A DNA stretch of 64,000 nt from an uncultured Candidatus Saccharibacteria bacterium (GTDB lineage Bacteria > Patescibacteriota > Minisyncoccia > Phycocordibacterales > UBA9973): the NCBI GenBank assembly GCA_964646765.1, contig CAZYIA010000003.1, positions 66,815 through 130,814 of the forward strand. Reading direction: 5' to 3'. A model generated the notes under the pieces. It searched no databases. It was not told where the DNA came from and was given only the letters and a program-made list of their open reading frames with translations. Each line of letters begins with the position of its first letter. The first letter of the stretch is position 1. Of this stretch, positions 27,065 through 37,556 are shown piece by piece. The position numbers and the translations under genes were made by a program.

Positions 27065-29761
27065 ATGACAACCAGTATCACCAAGCGTGACGGCACAAAA
27101 GAAGAGTTCAATGCCGACCGTATCAACCGTTCAATTGAACGTGCTTGTTACGGAATTCAAAATCCGATCGAAAAGGTGACACAGATTGCTTCTGAAACTC
27201 AGCTTACCCTCTACGAAGGTATTACCACTGAAGAAATGGATCAGGCTACCATCAATGCTGCTCTTCAAAATGCTCAGTACGACCTCGACTACGATAAAAT
27301 TGCTACCCGCCTCCTCCTCAAAACTATTTACAAGCGTGTACTTGGTGACTATGAAACCAAAGAAGAGCTTGTAACGATGCACAAAGGTCACTTCAAACAC
27401 TATATTCGTCTTGGTATTGAACTTGGATTGCTCGATAAAAAACTACAGAGCAAGTTTGATCTTGATGAACTCGGCAAGCACTTAAAACTTGATCGTGATG
27501 AGCTCTACAAATATTCTGGTGTGTCGACAATGCTCGATCGTTATCTCATTAAAGATGAGAAGCGTCACCCCCTTGAAGCGCCGCAGTATTTTTGGATGCG
27601 TGTAGCGATGACGATGGCGCTTCCTGAAAAGAATCCAACCGAATGGGCAAAAAAGTTTTACGACAAAATGTCTCGTCTCGAGTATCTTTCAGCAGGAAGT
27701 ACAAACGTAAACGCGGGAACAAACTCACCATCATTCTCAAATTGTTACTTGATGCAGGTTGAAGATGACATGGATCATATTGGGAAGACGGTACGCGATG
27801 TGCTCATGCTCTCAAAAGCAACCGGTGGTATTGGTTTGGCAGTCACCAAACTTCGTGCATCGGGATCTCTCCTTCGTTCATCAAATACTGTTTCCTCTGG
27901 TCCAATTCCGTTCCTGCACATTATCGACTCAGCAATCAGAGCAGTGCAGCGTGGTGGAAAAAAACTTGGTGCCCTCTGTTTCTATATGGAAAACTGGCAC
28001 CTTGATTTCCAGGACTTCCTCGATTTGAAGCAAAATGCTGGTGATGACTACCGTCGAACCCGCACTGCCAATATCGCCGTCTACCTTTCTGATGAATTTA
28101 TGGCTCGTGTCCGTGACGATAAAGACTGGTACCTCTTTGATCCAAAAGAAACCCCTGACCTCGTTGAGCTTTACGGTAAGGCTTTCTCGAAGCGTTACCA
28201 AGAGTACTGCGACCTTGCCGAAAAAGGAGAAATTACTCTCTGGAAGAAGCTTCCAGCTCGTCAACAATATAAAAATATCTTAGTTTCTCTGCAGACTACT
28301 TCTCACCCATGGCTTACCTGGAAGGATACTATTAATGTTCGCGCACTAAATAACAACACCGGCACTATTCACTGTTCAAACCTTTGTACCGAAGTAACAC
28401 TTCCTCAGAACAAAGATAATGTGGCCGTCTGTAACCTGATTTCTGTAAACCTGCCGAAACACTTAGTAGGGAAGCAGATGGACTGGATGCGTCTCGAAGA
28501 ATCAGTTCGTCTTTCAATTCGCCAGCTCGATAACTTGATCGATATTAACCAACCGCCAATCCCTGAAGCAAAGCGTGCTGACAGTGAGAATCGCGCTGTT
28601 GGTCTTGGTCTCATGGGTCTCTCTGACACGATTGAACAACTTGGATATTCATATGAAGATACGGCCGCTCACGACTTCGTCGATAAAGTTTTTGAGTTCA
28701 TGAGTTATATGGCAATCGACGAGAGTGCTAAACTCGCTGAAGAACGCGGAGCGTACAAAAATTTTGATGGTTCAGGGTGGAGTAAGGGAATGGTTCCAAT
28801 GGATACACTTTCTAAACTGGCAGCTGATCGTGGTATTGAGCTCGCTATTCCAACTGGCCCAGTCGGTGGAATTCCAGAACTTGATTGGGAAGCACTTCGC
28901 AAGAAGGTGCGCAAAGGTGTACGTAATGCAACTGTGATGGCAATTGCTCCAAACGCAAACATTGGTTTGGTTGCTGGAACTTCTCCTGGTATTGATCCTC
29001 GTTTTGCTCAGATGTTCTCCCGCAACAAGATTTCTGGTAAGTATCTCGAAGTGAACTCAAACTTGGTAAATGACTTGAAAGAAGAAGGTCTTTGGGAAAA
29101 ATATCAAAGTGAAATTCTGGAAAACCATGGAGATATCCAAAACATTGCTGGTATCCCAGAATCTCTTAAGCGAATTTATAAAACTTCATTTTCTACTTCA
29201 CCATACGCGTTCATTGAAATAGCCGCTCGTGCTCAGAAATGGGTAGACCAAGCAATTTCTCGCAACATGTATCTTGATGTGCGTGATATCGACGAAGTGA
29301 TGAATATTTACAGTTCGGCATGGGAGAAGGGTTTGAAAACTACGTACTATCTCCACATGAAGCCAAAGCATACCGTTGAGCAATCAACTGTTGCCGTTAA
29401 TAAAGCAGCAGCTATGGGTAAGAAAGGTTTCTCCTCACTCTTTAATACTGCTCCAAAATCTGATACTCAAGCTACAGCTGTAGTTGTTGAAGAAGTCGTG
29501 AAAGTAGAAACGACTGAATCAACTCCATCACCAGTCATTATCGAGGCAACTGTCGCGGTTGCTGCTGCTCCTGTTATAGAACCTATCCAGGTAAAAGAGG
29601 AAGCAGTGCAGCAAAAACCTCAGCTTGAGAAACGAAAAGCCGCCTTTGCTCCACTTTCAGAACTCGCGAACGTTGCCAAAGCAGTGGATCGAAAACCAAA
29701 AGTAGTCATTCATGGTCCTGTGGACCCAAATGATGCCCTCTTGTGTGAAGGCTGTCAGTAG
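27065..29761 (+). CDS. nrdA: Class I ribonucleotide reductase alpha subunit with ATP-cone
   Basis: ITKRDG ATP-cone, SNCYL, SNLCTE, VCNL, TYYL, C-terminal CEGCQ. Confidence 0.96.
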   Translation: MTTSITKRDGTKEEFNADRINRSIERACYGIQNPIEKVTQIASETQLTLYEGITTEEMDQATINAALQNAQYDLDYDKIATRLLLKTIYKRVLGDYETKEELVTMHKGHFKHYIRLGIELGLLDKKLQSKFDLDELGKHLKLDRDELYKYSGVSTMLDRYLIKDEKRHPLEAPQYFWMRVAMTMALPEKNPTEWAKKFYDKMSRLEYLSAGSTNVNAGTNSPSFSNCYLMQVEDDMDHIGKTVRDVLMLSKATGGIGLAVTKLRASGSLLRSSNTVSSGPIPFLHIIDSAIRAVQRGGKKLGALCFYMENWHLDFQDFLDLKQNAGDDYRRTRTANIAVYLSDEFMARVRDDKDWYLFDPKETPDLVELYGKAFSKRYQEYCDLAEKGEITLWKKLPARQQYKNILVSLQTTSHPWLTWKDTINVRALNNNTGTIHCSNLCTEVTLPQNKDNVAVCNLISVNLPKHLVGKQMDWMRLEESVRLSIRQLDNLIDINQPPIPEAKRADSENRAVGLGLMGLSDTIEQLGYSYEDTAAHDFVDKVFEFMSYMAIDESAKLAEERGAYKNFDGSGWSKGMVPMDTLSKLAADRGIELAIPTGPVGGIPELDWEALRKKVRKGVRNATVMAIAPNANIGLVAGTSPGIDPRFAQMFSRNKISGKYLEVNSNLVNDLKEEGLWEKYQSEILENHGDIQNIAGIPESLKRIYKTSFSTSPYAFIEIAARAQKWVDQAISRNMYLDVRDIDEVMNIYSSAWEKGLKTTYYLHMKPKHTVEQSTVAVNKAAAMGKKGFSSLFNTAPKSDTQATAVVVEEVVKVETTESTPSPVIIEATVAVAAAPVIEPIQVKEEAVQQKPQLEKRKAAFAPLSELANVAKAVDRKPKVVIHGPVDPNDALLCEGCQ

Positions 29762-29835
29762 GATAGTCTCCCGTTAGTCACTATTAGCCCGTCAGGATTG
29801 TCGCCTGGCGCAGTACTTCTAACCCTCAATTATTT

Positions 29836-30837
29836 ATGCTCGTCGGAAAAGCTACCCCTGAAGACACAAGTCTTCACCCAATGCACTATAAGTGGGCCTA
29901 TGATCTCTATAACCAAGCAGTGCGCAACACCTGGTTCCCACACGAAATTCCACTCGGTGAAGATCTCAAAGACTGGAACGAAATGACCCAAGATGAACGC
30001 CATGCGGTGAAGTTCTTGATGTCATTTTTTAACCCAGCCGAACTTATCGTGAATCGTTCACTCGCACTTGGCGTATACCCATACATCAAATCGCCAGAGT
30101 GTCACCTCTATCTCGCGAAGCAAATGTGGGAAGAAGCAAACCACTGCGTGGCTTTTGAATACGTACTTGAAACATTTCCGATGGATCGCGATACCATCTA
30201 TAAAATTCACACCGAAACTGAATCGATGGTAAAGAAAGAGGCCTTCATCACGAAATACTTGAAGCGCATGACCGAAGATCTTCTTGATATTGATACACCA
30301 GAAGGGAAGAAGGACTTTATCCGAAACCTTGTTGCTACCAACATTGTGATGGAAGGTATCTGGTTCTACTCAGGATTCATGGTGGTGCTTTCATTCCGCC
30401 AGCGCAACAAATTGCGAAACTTTGCTTCGATGGTGAACTGGGTAATTCGTGATGAATCGCTCCACCTTAAATTCGGTATGAGTCTTATCATGAACATTCT
30501 TGAAGAAAATCCAGAACTTCTTACCCAAGAATTTGCTGAAGAACTTCGCAATATTGTGATTGAAGGAGTTGATCTTGAAGTAGCCTACAACAAAGATCTC
30601 TTCCCAACAGGTATTCTTGGTTTGAATGCTGAATACGTAAACCAGTATGTGAAGTACGTTGCTGATCGTCGTCTCGAAGAGCTCGGCATGCCAAAACACT
30701 ACGGTGCAACGAACCCAGCAAAGTGGATGAGTACTGCAACCGACGTCTACGAATTGGTGAATTTCTTCGAAGCCCAGAACACCGCCTACGAAGTGGACGC
30801 CCACGGCCACTCAAAAAAGGACGGAGAAAAGAAATAA
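29836..30837 (+). CDS. nrdB: Ribonucleotide reductase beta subunit, class Ic (Mn/Fe) signature
   Basis: FFNPAE, EEANHCVAF (Phe at radical-Tyr position), MEGIWFYSGF, RDESLH, NFFE. Confidence 0.93.
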   Translation: MLVGKATPEDTSLHPMHYKWAYDLYNQAVRNTWFPHEIPLGEDLKDWNEMTQDERHAVKFLMSFFNPAELIVNRSLALGVYPYIKSPECHLYLAKQMWEEANHCVAFEYVLETFPMDRDTIYKIHTETESMVKKEAFITKYLKRMTEDLLDIDTPEGKKDFIRNLVATNIVMEGIWFYSGFMVVLSFRQRNKLRNFASMVNWVIRDESLHLKFGMSLIMNILEENPELLTQEFAEELRNIVIEGVDLEVAYNKDLFPTGILGLNAEYVNQYVKYVADRRLEELGMPKHYGATNPAKWMSTATDVYELVNFFEAQNTAYEVDAHGHSKKDGEKK

Positions 30838-30849
30838 TCTCTCTGCGAC

Positions 30850-30873
30850 AAACCCGCCTGTACGGCGGGTTTT
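30850..30873 (+). terminator. Intrinsic terminator after nrdB
   Basis: aaacccgcc-tgtac-ggcgggtttt. Confidence 0.75.
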
Positions 30874-30892
30874 AGCGTGCTAGAATCGCTCT

Positions 30893-32632
30893 ATGACCGA
30901 AAGCCGAAACTGCCAGAACTGTAAGGCTACTTTTACTATTTATCCGGAAGACGTTCTGTTTTACGAGCGAATTTCAGTTCCAAAACCAACTTTTTGCCCT
31001 GATTGTCGGATGGCTCGAAGAATGAGTTTCCGGAATCTTCGAAGTTTATATCGTCGAGTATGTGGTTTGTGCGCAAGAGCAATTATTACGATGTATCATA
31101 CTGATGATCCGGCTCCGGTTTTTTGTAATGAGTGCTGGCTCAGTGATGGATGGGATGGGTCAGAATACGCCCAAGATATTGACTGGTCTCGGCCGTTCTT
31201 AGCCCAGTGGCACGAGCTTTATCAAAAAGTGCCACGATATGCGCTTTGGAAACCTGGGGGCGCAATGCAAAATTCTGAATATACAAATTATTCTATAGAT
31301 AACAAAAATTGTTATTTGTCGTACTCTGTTGTTCGATGCGAAGATGTTGCATATTCTGAAAACATTGACGATTCAAAAGAATGCCTGGATTGTTTGTATA
31401 TGAAAGGCGGAGAACTCTGTTATGAGAACATTGAGAGTAGTAAGAATTCTCGTTGTCGATATACCTTCCAATGTCGTGATTCAATAGATTCGTGGTTTAT
31501 CTATGACTGTGCCAATTGCCAGGATTGTTTTATGTCCGCTAATCTTCGCAATAATCGATATGTTTTCCGCGGTGAACAGCTTTCGCGAGAAGAATACCAA
31601 AAAAGAATGGCAAACATTGATACTGAGGATCAGGAAGTTATTAATTCCCTAAGAGAGGAATTTCGTGCACTCATACAGTCAAGTATTCATCGTTTTGCTA
31701 ATATTTTGCAGAGTCCGGACGCAACCGGAGAACAGATCCAAAACGCTCGCAGTGTCTTTCGGTCGTTTGGTGTTTACAATGCCGAGTACGTCCGTTATGG
31801 TGCCCGTGTTTTATCAGGGTCAGATCTTTTCGATGTCTATGGAATTTCTGAAACTGAACTTGCCTACGAATCCATGGCGACATCGTTCGGTATGCAAAAC
31901 AGTAAGTGCTCTTTTTTGTGTGATAATACAACGAGTGATATTACCTATTGTGTTCTTTCAAAAGGCCTTTCGAATTGTTTTGGTTGCATTGGTTTAAAGA
32001 AAAAATCATATTCAATTTTGAACAAGCAATATTCCCAAGAAGAATATGAAATTCTTGTACCGAAACTCATTGAGCATATGAATGTGATGCCATATATCGA
32101 TAGAAAAGGACATGAGTACAAGTATGGAGAGTTTTTCCCATTTGAATTTTCCCCGTTTGCATATAACGAAACTGTCGCCCATGATTATTTCCCGATAACA
32201 GAGGTAGGAGCTGACAGTTTTGGATATCTATGGAAAGGGAAAGAAGAGCGAGACTATAAAATAACTATTCCTATGGGATCGTTTGCTGCTACCCCAAGTG
32301 AAATGGATGAGGCTGTTACAAAGGAAGTTGTGGGGTGTGTAAATCAAGGAAGTTCTGAAACTCAATGTACAACAGCTTTCCGCATTACGTCGGATGAACT
32401 GCTACTGCTGCAACGTCTGAAATTACCATTTCCTAAAAAATGCCCAAACTGTCGTCATTATGAGCGACTAGCAATACGCGCACCGATGTGTCTTAACCAG
32501 GGAAGTTGTATGTGCGAAGTAAAAACTCATAACCACGGTGATGTTTGTGGTAAGAATTTTGAAACTCCATGGAATCCGGGCAAAATCTCAAAACTCTACT
32601 GTGAACCTTGTTACCAACAAGAAGTAAGTTAA
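30893..32632 (+). CDS. Cys-rich hypothetical protein with zinc-ribbons and short beta-repeat region
   Basis: Multiple CxxC pairs at both ends; internal CxxCxxC repeats. Confidence 0.75.
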   Translation: MTESRNCQNCKATFTIYPEDVLFYERISVPKPTFCPDCRMARRMSFRNLRSLYRRVCGLCARAIITMYHTDDPAPVFCNECWLSDGWDGSEYAQDIDWSRPFLAQWHELYQKVPRYALWKPGGAMQNSEYTNYSIDNKNCYLSYSVVRCEDVAYSENIDDSKECLDCLYMKGGELCYENIESSKNSRCRYTFQCRDSIDSWFIYDCANCQDCFMSANLRNNRYVFRGEQLSREEYQKRMANIDTEDQEVINSLREEFRALIQSSIHRFANILQSPDATGEQIQNARSVFRSFGVYNAEYVRYGARVLSGSDLFDVYGISETELAYESMATSFGMQNSKCSFLCDNTTSDITYCVLSKGLSNCFGCIGLKKKSYSILNKQYSQEEYEILVPKLIEHMNVMPYIDRKGHEYKYGEFFPFEFSPFAYNETVAHDYFPITEVGADSFGYLWKGKEERDYKITIPMGSFAATPSEMDEAVTKEVVGCVNQGSSETQCTTAFRITSDELLLLQRLKLPFPKKCPNCRHYERLAIRAPMCLNQGSCMCEVKTHNHGDVCGKNFETPWNPGKISKLYCEPCYQQEVS

Positions 32633-32711
32633 AAATGTATATATACACTCCACGTCAGGGGTGAGAAATGTATATAAAGACAAAAAGGGCTTACTTTGCT
32701 ATAGTTTTTTC

Positions 32712-33035
32712 ATGGAAAACCCTAATGTGCAGCATGAGCAAGCAACTGCCCACGTGTCTTATAAAGAAACTCGAGAGCTTTTAGATGAACTTCGGGTTGA
32801 CCGGTTAGCGAACCAATTTTCAAATCGAGTAGCCACATTGGTGATTGCTTCACTTGGTTTAACTACTGCGCTTGCTTGGGACGATACCCTTCGTGGAATT
32901 TTCCATGCCATCTTCGGCGCTAGTGAGTCGCTTGGTGAAAAAATTCTCTATTCGGTTTTAGTTACTCTATGCGCGGTTATCATTACCATTGTTCTGGCTC
33001 GCTCGATTCGCCGGAAAGATAAAATAAAGGAATAA
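32712..33035 (+). CDS. DUF5654-like small membrane protein
   Basis: ASLGLTTALAWDD motif, two TM helices. Confidence 0.7.
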   Translation: MENPNVQHEQATAHVSYKETRELLDELRVDRLANQFSNRVATLVIASLGLTTALAWDDTLRGIFHAIFGASESLGEKILYSVLVTLCAVIITIVLARSIRRKDKIKE

Positions 33036-33907
33036 TGATTCTCACTACTAAACCAGAAAAAGACTACGAACTACTCGATAGTGGTAGCGGCTTAAAACTC
33101 GAACGTTACGGCTCGTTCGTTCTTTCTCGTCCTGATCCGCAGGCATTGTGGCAGCCGCTTTTGAAAGGCGAGTGGCAAACTGCCGATGCAACGTTTATTC
33201 GGAAAGGGAAACATGTTGAGTGGAAAAAGAAAAAAACTTTTCCGGCTGCTTGGCCGATACAGTTTGGTGGACTCACGTTTGAAATCAGACCATCTTCATT
33301 TAAGCATACCGGCTTATTTCCTGAGCATCTTTCGAGTTGGCAATGGATGGCCTGGAAGATAGAGCAAAGAACAACCCCAGTAAAGGTATTGAATCTTTTT
33401 GGCTATACCGGCGGAGCAACTCTCGCGTGTGCCAAGGCAGGTGGAGAAGTGACTCATGTTGATGGCTCAAAAATGGCCATTGCTTGGGCGCGCAAAAATC
33501 AAGAACTCTCAGGTCTTTCTGAAAAACCAATTCGCTGGATTCTTGATGACGCTGTGCAGTTTCTAAAACGTGAAGTAAAGCGTGGAAACAAATACGACGG
33601 TATCGTGATGGATCCACCAGCTTTTGGGCATGGAGCGAAAGGGGAAGTGTGGAAAATTGAAGAGAATTTCCAAGAACTAATGAGCTTATGTTTCCAAGTT
33701 CTCTCGGATAAACCGCTGTTCTTTTTGATCAACGGTTATGCTTCCGGCTATTCACCGATTGCGTACCAAAACAATCTTTTGCCGCTTACTGAAAAGTTCG
33801 GTGGCATAGTCGAAACAGGGGAATTAGCTATCGAAGAATCAAACAAAACGTCTGGTAACCTAGGCCGGCTGTTGCCGTGTGGTATTTTTGCCCGTTGGAG
33901 CAAATAG
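33035..33907 (+). CDS. SAM-dependent methyltransferase (RlmI/RlmK-like)
   Basis: YELLDSG, HTGLFPE, VLNLFGYTGG, MDPPAFG. Confidence 0.88.
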   Translation: MILTTKPEKDYELLDSGSGLKLERYGSFVLSRPDPQALWQPLLKGEWQTADATFIRKGKHVEWKKKKTFPAAWPIQFGGLTFEIRPSSFKHTGLFPEHLSSWQWMAWKIEQRTTPVKVLNLFGYTGGATLACAKAGGEVTHVDGSKMAIAWARKNQELSGLSEKPIRWILDDAVQFLKREVKRGNKYDGIVMDPPAFGHGAKGEVWKIEENFQELMSLCFQVLSDKPLFFLINGYASGYSPIAYQNNLLPLTEKFGGIVETGELAIEESNKTSGNLGRLLPCGIFARWSK

Positions 33908-33999
33908 TTGCTTCTCTATAAAAAGGGTTTACACTGTACATAACAGATCACTTTTTAAAGTTTGATCACTGAAAATTTCATACACAAAACCTACTTTCT

Positions 34000-34269
34000 A
34001 TGGCTAGGAAAACGAAATTCTATTACCGGATTGAAGGGGAATTTCATCAAAGAAAGTACGCTCCGTTTGAATTTGAATTCTATGCAGAAACACACCGAAC
34101 CCTTGAAAGCCTGGGTATCGCAGATATTCTCGATATTCTTACCCAGATATCTCCCCAAGATAGTATTGGGGCAGAAGAAGTAAAAGGATGGTCGTTTGAG
34201 CCCATTACCAAAAAAGAATTTAAATCACAGGATGCAACTTTTATTATTCCCGTACCACAAACAAAGTGA
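34000..34269 (+). CDS. Hypothetical protein
   Basis: 89-aa ORF filling an intergenic gap. Confidence 0.55.
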   Translation: MARKTKFYYRIEGEFHQRKYAPFEFEFYAETHRTLESLGIADILDILTQISPQDSIGAEEVKGWSFEPITKKEFKSQDATFIIPVPQTK

Positions 34270-34336
34270 AACTGAGCGGTATATATAGTATCGCTCTTTT
34301 TCTAATTTCATTTGACGCCCATGCTATAGTGAACGT

Positions 34337-34963
34337 ATGGGGTTTTTAGACAAACTGAATTGGCGCTACGCTGTCAAAAAATTCAATACCCAAGTTGTTT
34401 CAGAGGATGCTCTTACAAAGATTATTGAGGCTATTCGTATGGCTCCATCGGCTTCAGGGCTCCAGCCGTACCATATTACCGTGGTTCGTGATCAGGCACT
34501 CCGCGAAAAGTTGTTTGAACACGCCAAAGGTAATCCAAAAATTTTGAATTGCTCACATTTATTTGTGTTTTCTTCCCGAGTAGATTTTCCAAAACGTGTC
34601 GAAGATTTTATTGCCGAAGTAAAAAAGACTCGAAATCAAACTGATGAAGATGTCCTACTCTATCGAGAGAGTCTTTTAAAAGGTGTTACTGTAAAAACTC
34701 CTGACGAGCTTCGGGTATGGGCAGGGAAGCAAACCTACCTTGCGTTAGGTTTTGGGTTAGCAGCGGCAGCAGAACTTGGCGTTGATTCTGGCCCGATGGA
34801 AGGATTCAAAAAAGACGAATTCAAACGAGTGCTCGAGCTTCCAGACTATATGTATCCAGAAGCACTTATGGCTATTGGTTATCGCGATCCAACTGACGAG
34901 AATCAGCCAGAATTTCGTAAAAAAGTACGGTTCCAAAAAGATGAGCTTTTTGATTTTCGCTAA
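34337..34963 (+). CDS. Nitroreductase family protein
   Basis: WRYAVKKF, APSASGLQP, DSGPMEGF. Confidence 0.92.
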   Translation: MGFLDKLNWRYAVKKFNTQVVSEDALTKIIEAIRMAPSASGLQPYHITVVRDQALREKLFEHAKGNPKILNCSHLFVFSSRVDFPKRVEDFIAEVKKTRNQTDEDVLLYRESLLKGVTVKTPDELRVWAGKQTYLALGFGLAAAAELGVDSGPMEGFKKDEFKRVLELPDYMYPEALMAIGYRDPTDENQPEFRKKVRFQKDELFDFR

Positions 34964-35019
34964 GCTATTGATGTGGAAAAGAGATTTTGCTCTTACCAGT
35001 CGAGTGCTACCATAGGTGT

Positions 35020-35193
35020 ATGACACTTACGCAAATTTGGAACGGTATCGCGCTCGCCATTAATAATATTGGTGTTGTCTTGTTTCTCATTCTTCTCCTT
35101 ATTGATGCCGTTCTGTGGCGAATTCACCCGGTACTCGGTACTTTAGGAGCACTCTTTATTTTCGCGCTTCTTTTTGGCCTTATTCACATTTAA
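35020..35193 (+). CDS. Small membrane protein
   Basis: Two TM helices; TG-c-TACCAT 6 nt upstream of ATG. Confidence 0.6.
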   Translation: MTLTQIWNGIALAINNIGVVLFLILLLIDAVLWRIHPVLGTLGALFIFALLFGLIHI

Positions 35194-35196
35194 GTC

Positions 35197-35793
35197 ATGC
35201 GACACGTTTCTCGCGAGAACTTAATAACCGTTCTCGCTCTCTCGATCATTTTCTCTCTGATTCTTGGAGTGAGTACTTTTTGGTTTGCGCCAACAGGACT
35301 TACTTATAGCAAAGCATCCTTTATTAATTTTGCTTGGTTAGTATTTGGGCTTGGTCTCGCAAGGTTTTTTGCTCGAGATACTCTAGAGTCAATTCATCTT
35401 TCAAAAATTGGAAGCCTTCTTATTATTTGTGTGAGTATAACAGCAGTCATTCTTGCCTTTTTTGCCGGTGATCCTATGACTCGGGCAATTAAGCTTTTAG
35501 AAATCTTATTTCAAGATTTGGTGATTGCTGGTGTTCTTGTGTCTCTGTTTCCGGTACTCGAAAAAACTAAAGAACGTTTAGTATTAGCATTTTCTTTTGC
35601 AGCAATTCATCTGCCTTTAATCGCTGTTGCTCCACTTGCTCATGCTGGGGTGGTGGTTATTGCTTCATATATTGTGGCGTATCTCACACCGCACTGGTTT
35701 GTGCAGTCAAAACGGGATATGGCATTTATTATCGTGCCACACATTGTTTTCTATTTACTTTTCGGGAGCTACCTTGTTGGGATTACGTGGTAG
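35197..35793 (+). CDS. Integral membrane protein, weakly CPBP/Abi-like
   Basis: Multi-TM; EILFQ, FAAIH and HIVFY loosely resemble CPBP motifs. Confidence 0.6.
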   Translation: MRHVSRENLITVLALSIIFSLILGVSTFWFAPTGLTYSKASFINFAWLVFGLGLARFFARDTLESIHLSKIGSLLIICVSITAVILAFFAGDPMTRAIKLLEILFQDLVIAGVLVSLFPVLEKTKERLVLAFSFAAIHLPLIAVAPLAHAGVVVIASYIVAYLTPHWFVQSKRDMAFIIVPHIVFYLLFGSYLVGITW

Positions 35794-36906
35794 TTAGACA
35801 ATGGTAAGTATTGCGACTTCAGGGTCTGTTCCGATACGGAGAAGCGGACCTGCAGTGCCGACTCCAACGGAAGTGAAACCAGCGGTTTCACCCAAGGTGT
35901 AGTGACCCTTTGTTTTCTTTTTATAAATTGCCTTCACAAACAACGTAAGAGGGAAAAATTGGCCGCTATGAGTGTGGCCTGAGATGATAAGTGAAATACC
36001 TGCCTCTGCCAGAGCCTCAGCGTTTTTAGGATCATGGAGAATGGCAATTGAAGGCTTATCGTTTTTAGTGAAGCCGGCACGACTTAGTCGTTCGCGTGTT
36101 GCTGTAAATTTTTCGTGAGCATAAATGAGGCCAACAATAGTTGTATCGTTTATCGTAACTGTTTGATCATTGAGTACCGTTACATGCTTACCTAAGGCCT
36201 GATAGTACGCTTCCTGATCACGGTTGTATTCATCGTGATTGCCGGCTGTATAGAAGGCACCAAAAGTACTTTTAAGTTCCGAGAGTGGTGCCAGTGCTTC
36301 TTCGTAGGGAATTACTGGACCATCGATGAGATCGCCAGCAATGAAAATAATATCCGGTTTTTCAGCATTCGTGAGATCAACCACTTTCTTCATGAACCGT
36401 TCGCGGCGTACCATGCCGAGGTGAACATCAGAAATTACTGCAATTTTTTTGCCACTCCACAGCGGTGAAAGAGTTGGTGCGGTAATTCTGTAGTGAACCG
36501 CATTTGGGGTGAGGGCATTATAAATACCATAGATAAGTAAAGCCGCAATTCCGAGAAGGGTTATTACTAGCGTAGTAACGAGCGGAAGATGAATTCCAAT
36601 CGTTATAGTAACGATATACAGAATAGTAAGTAGTGCTGATGCAAAGAAGAGATAAATTAGAATTGGTATCCAAAAAATGACGATACTATATACAAGTGCT
36701 AATGCCCCGTGGTAACGGAATCGGCCAAAAATCATTGTTGCTACAATGAAGAGTGGTCCAAAGAGCATCGTCATCTTAAGTGCTACAACGAGGGCAAGTA
36801 GCTTCCCTGAAGCAAAGGTTGTAACCGTTGTAAGGGTTACAAACGAACAGGCAGCAATAATAACTAAGAAGAGGATGATCGAAAAAAGATACATGCGGTT
36901 TAACAT
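35794..36906 (-). CDS. Membrane-anchored metallophosphoesterase (YkuE-like)
   Basis: SDVHLG, GDLID, GNHD, GHTHSGQ; N-terminal TM helices. Confidence 0.9.
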   Translation of the reverse strand: MLNRMYLFSIILFLVIIAACSFVTLTTVTTFASGKLLALVVALKMTMLFGPLFIVATMIFGRFRYHGALALVYSIVIFWIPILIYLFFASALLTILYIVTITIGIHLPLVTTLVITLLGIAALLIYGIYNALTPNAVHYRITAPTLSPLWSGKKIAVISDVHLGMVRRERFMKKVVDLTNAEKPDIIFIAGDLIDGPVIPYEEALAPLSELKSTFGAFYTAGNHDEYNRDQEAYYQALGKHVTVLNDQTVTINDTTIVGLIYAHEKFTATRERLSRAGFTKNDKPSIAILHDPKNAEALAEAGISLIISGHTHSGQFFPLTLFVKAIYKKKTKGHYTLGETAGFTSVGVGTAGPLLRIGTDPEVAILTIV

Positions 36907-36995
36907 CCGAGTGAGTATAACATACCGCCCTAGAGTGATTGGAACACGGCCGTTCTTCATGTACAATACAAGCCTAATCATAAGTTGTACCTCGT

Positions 36996-37547
36996 ATGCA
37001 AAAATCTGACCTTGTATTTCCCATTGTTTTGATTATTGTATGTGCACTCGTGTTTGGTGGCATCTATTATGCTGCCTCTCGTGATAAGGGAACGACACAA
37101 TCTTCATCAACTAGTGGAGATTTATCAGCTAATAACAATCAATCTATGAGTACCGCAGAGAAGAATTTACAAGATGGTCAGGCTTTTTTGGCAGAAAATG
37201 GCAAGCGTTCGGAAGTGCATACAACCACTAGTGGACTTCAGTATGAAATTCTTCGTGAAGGAACTGGACCAAAGCCAACCAAAAATCAAACAGTTAAAGT
37301 TGATTACGAAGGAACATTAATTGACGGCACTGTTTTTGATAGTTCATACAAGCGAGGTGAACCGATCGAATTCGGTGTCACCCAGGTAATTGCGGGTTGG
37401 ACAGAAGCACTTCAGCTTATGCCAGTTGGTTCTAAATGGAAACTCTATATTCCATCCAATTTAGCCTATGGCCCATACGGGGCAGGTGGAGCAATTGGCC
37501 CGAATGAGACGCTTATTTTTACTGTCGAACTTCTTGGTGTCCGCTAA
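36996..37547 (+). CDS. FKBP-type peptidyl-prolyl isomerase with N-terminal anchor
   Basis: [36 protein letters not shown]. Confidence 0.94.
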   Translation: MQKSDLVFPIVLIIVCALVFGGIYYAASRDKGTTQSSSTSGDLSANNNQSMSTAEKNLQDGQAFLAENGKRSEVHTTTSGLQYEILREGTGPKPTKNQTVKVDYEGTLIDGTVFDSSYKRGEPIEFGVTQVIAGWTEALQLMPVGSKWKLYIPSNLAYGPYGAGGAIGPNETLIFTVELLGVR

Positions 37548-37556
37548 ATAGCATAT

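Noticed and set aside
27065-29761. Intein or intron in nrdA
   Set aside because: Catalytic motifs are normally spaced; the extra length is a C-terminal low-complexity tail.
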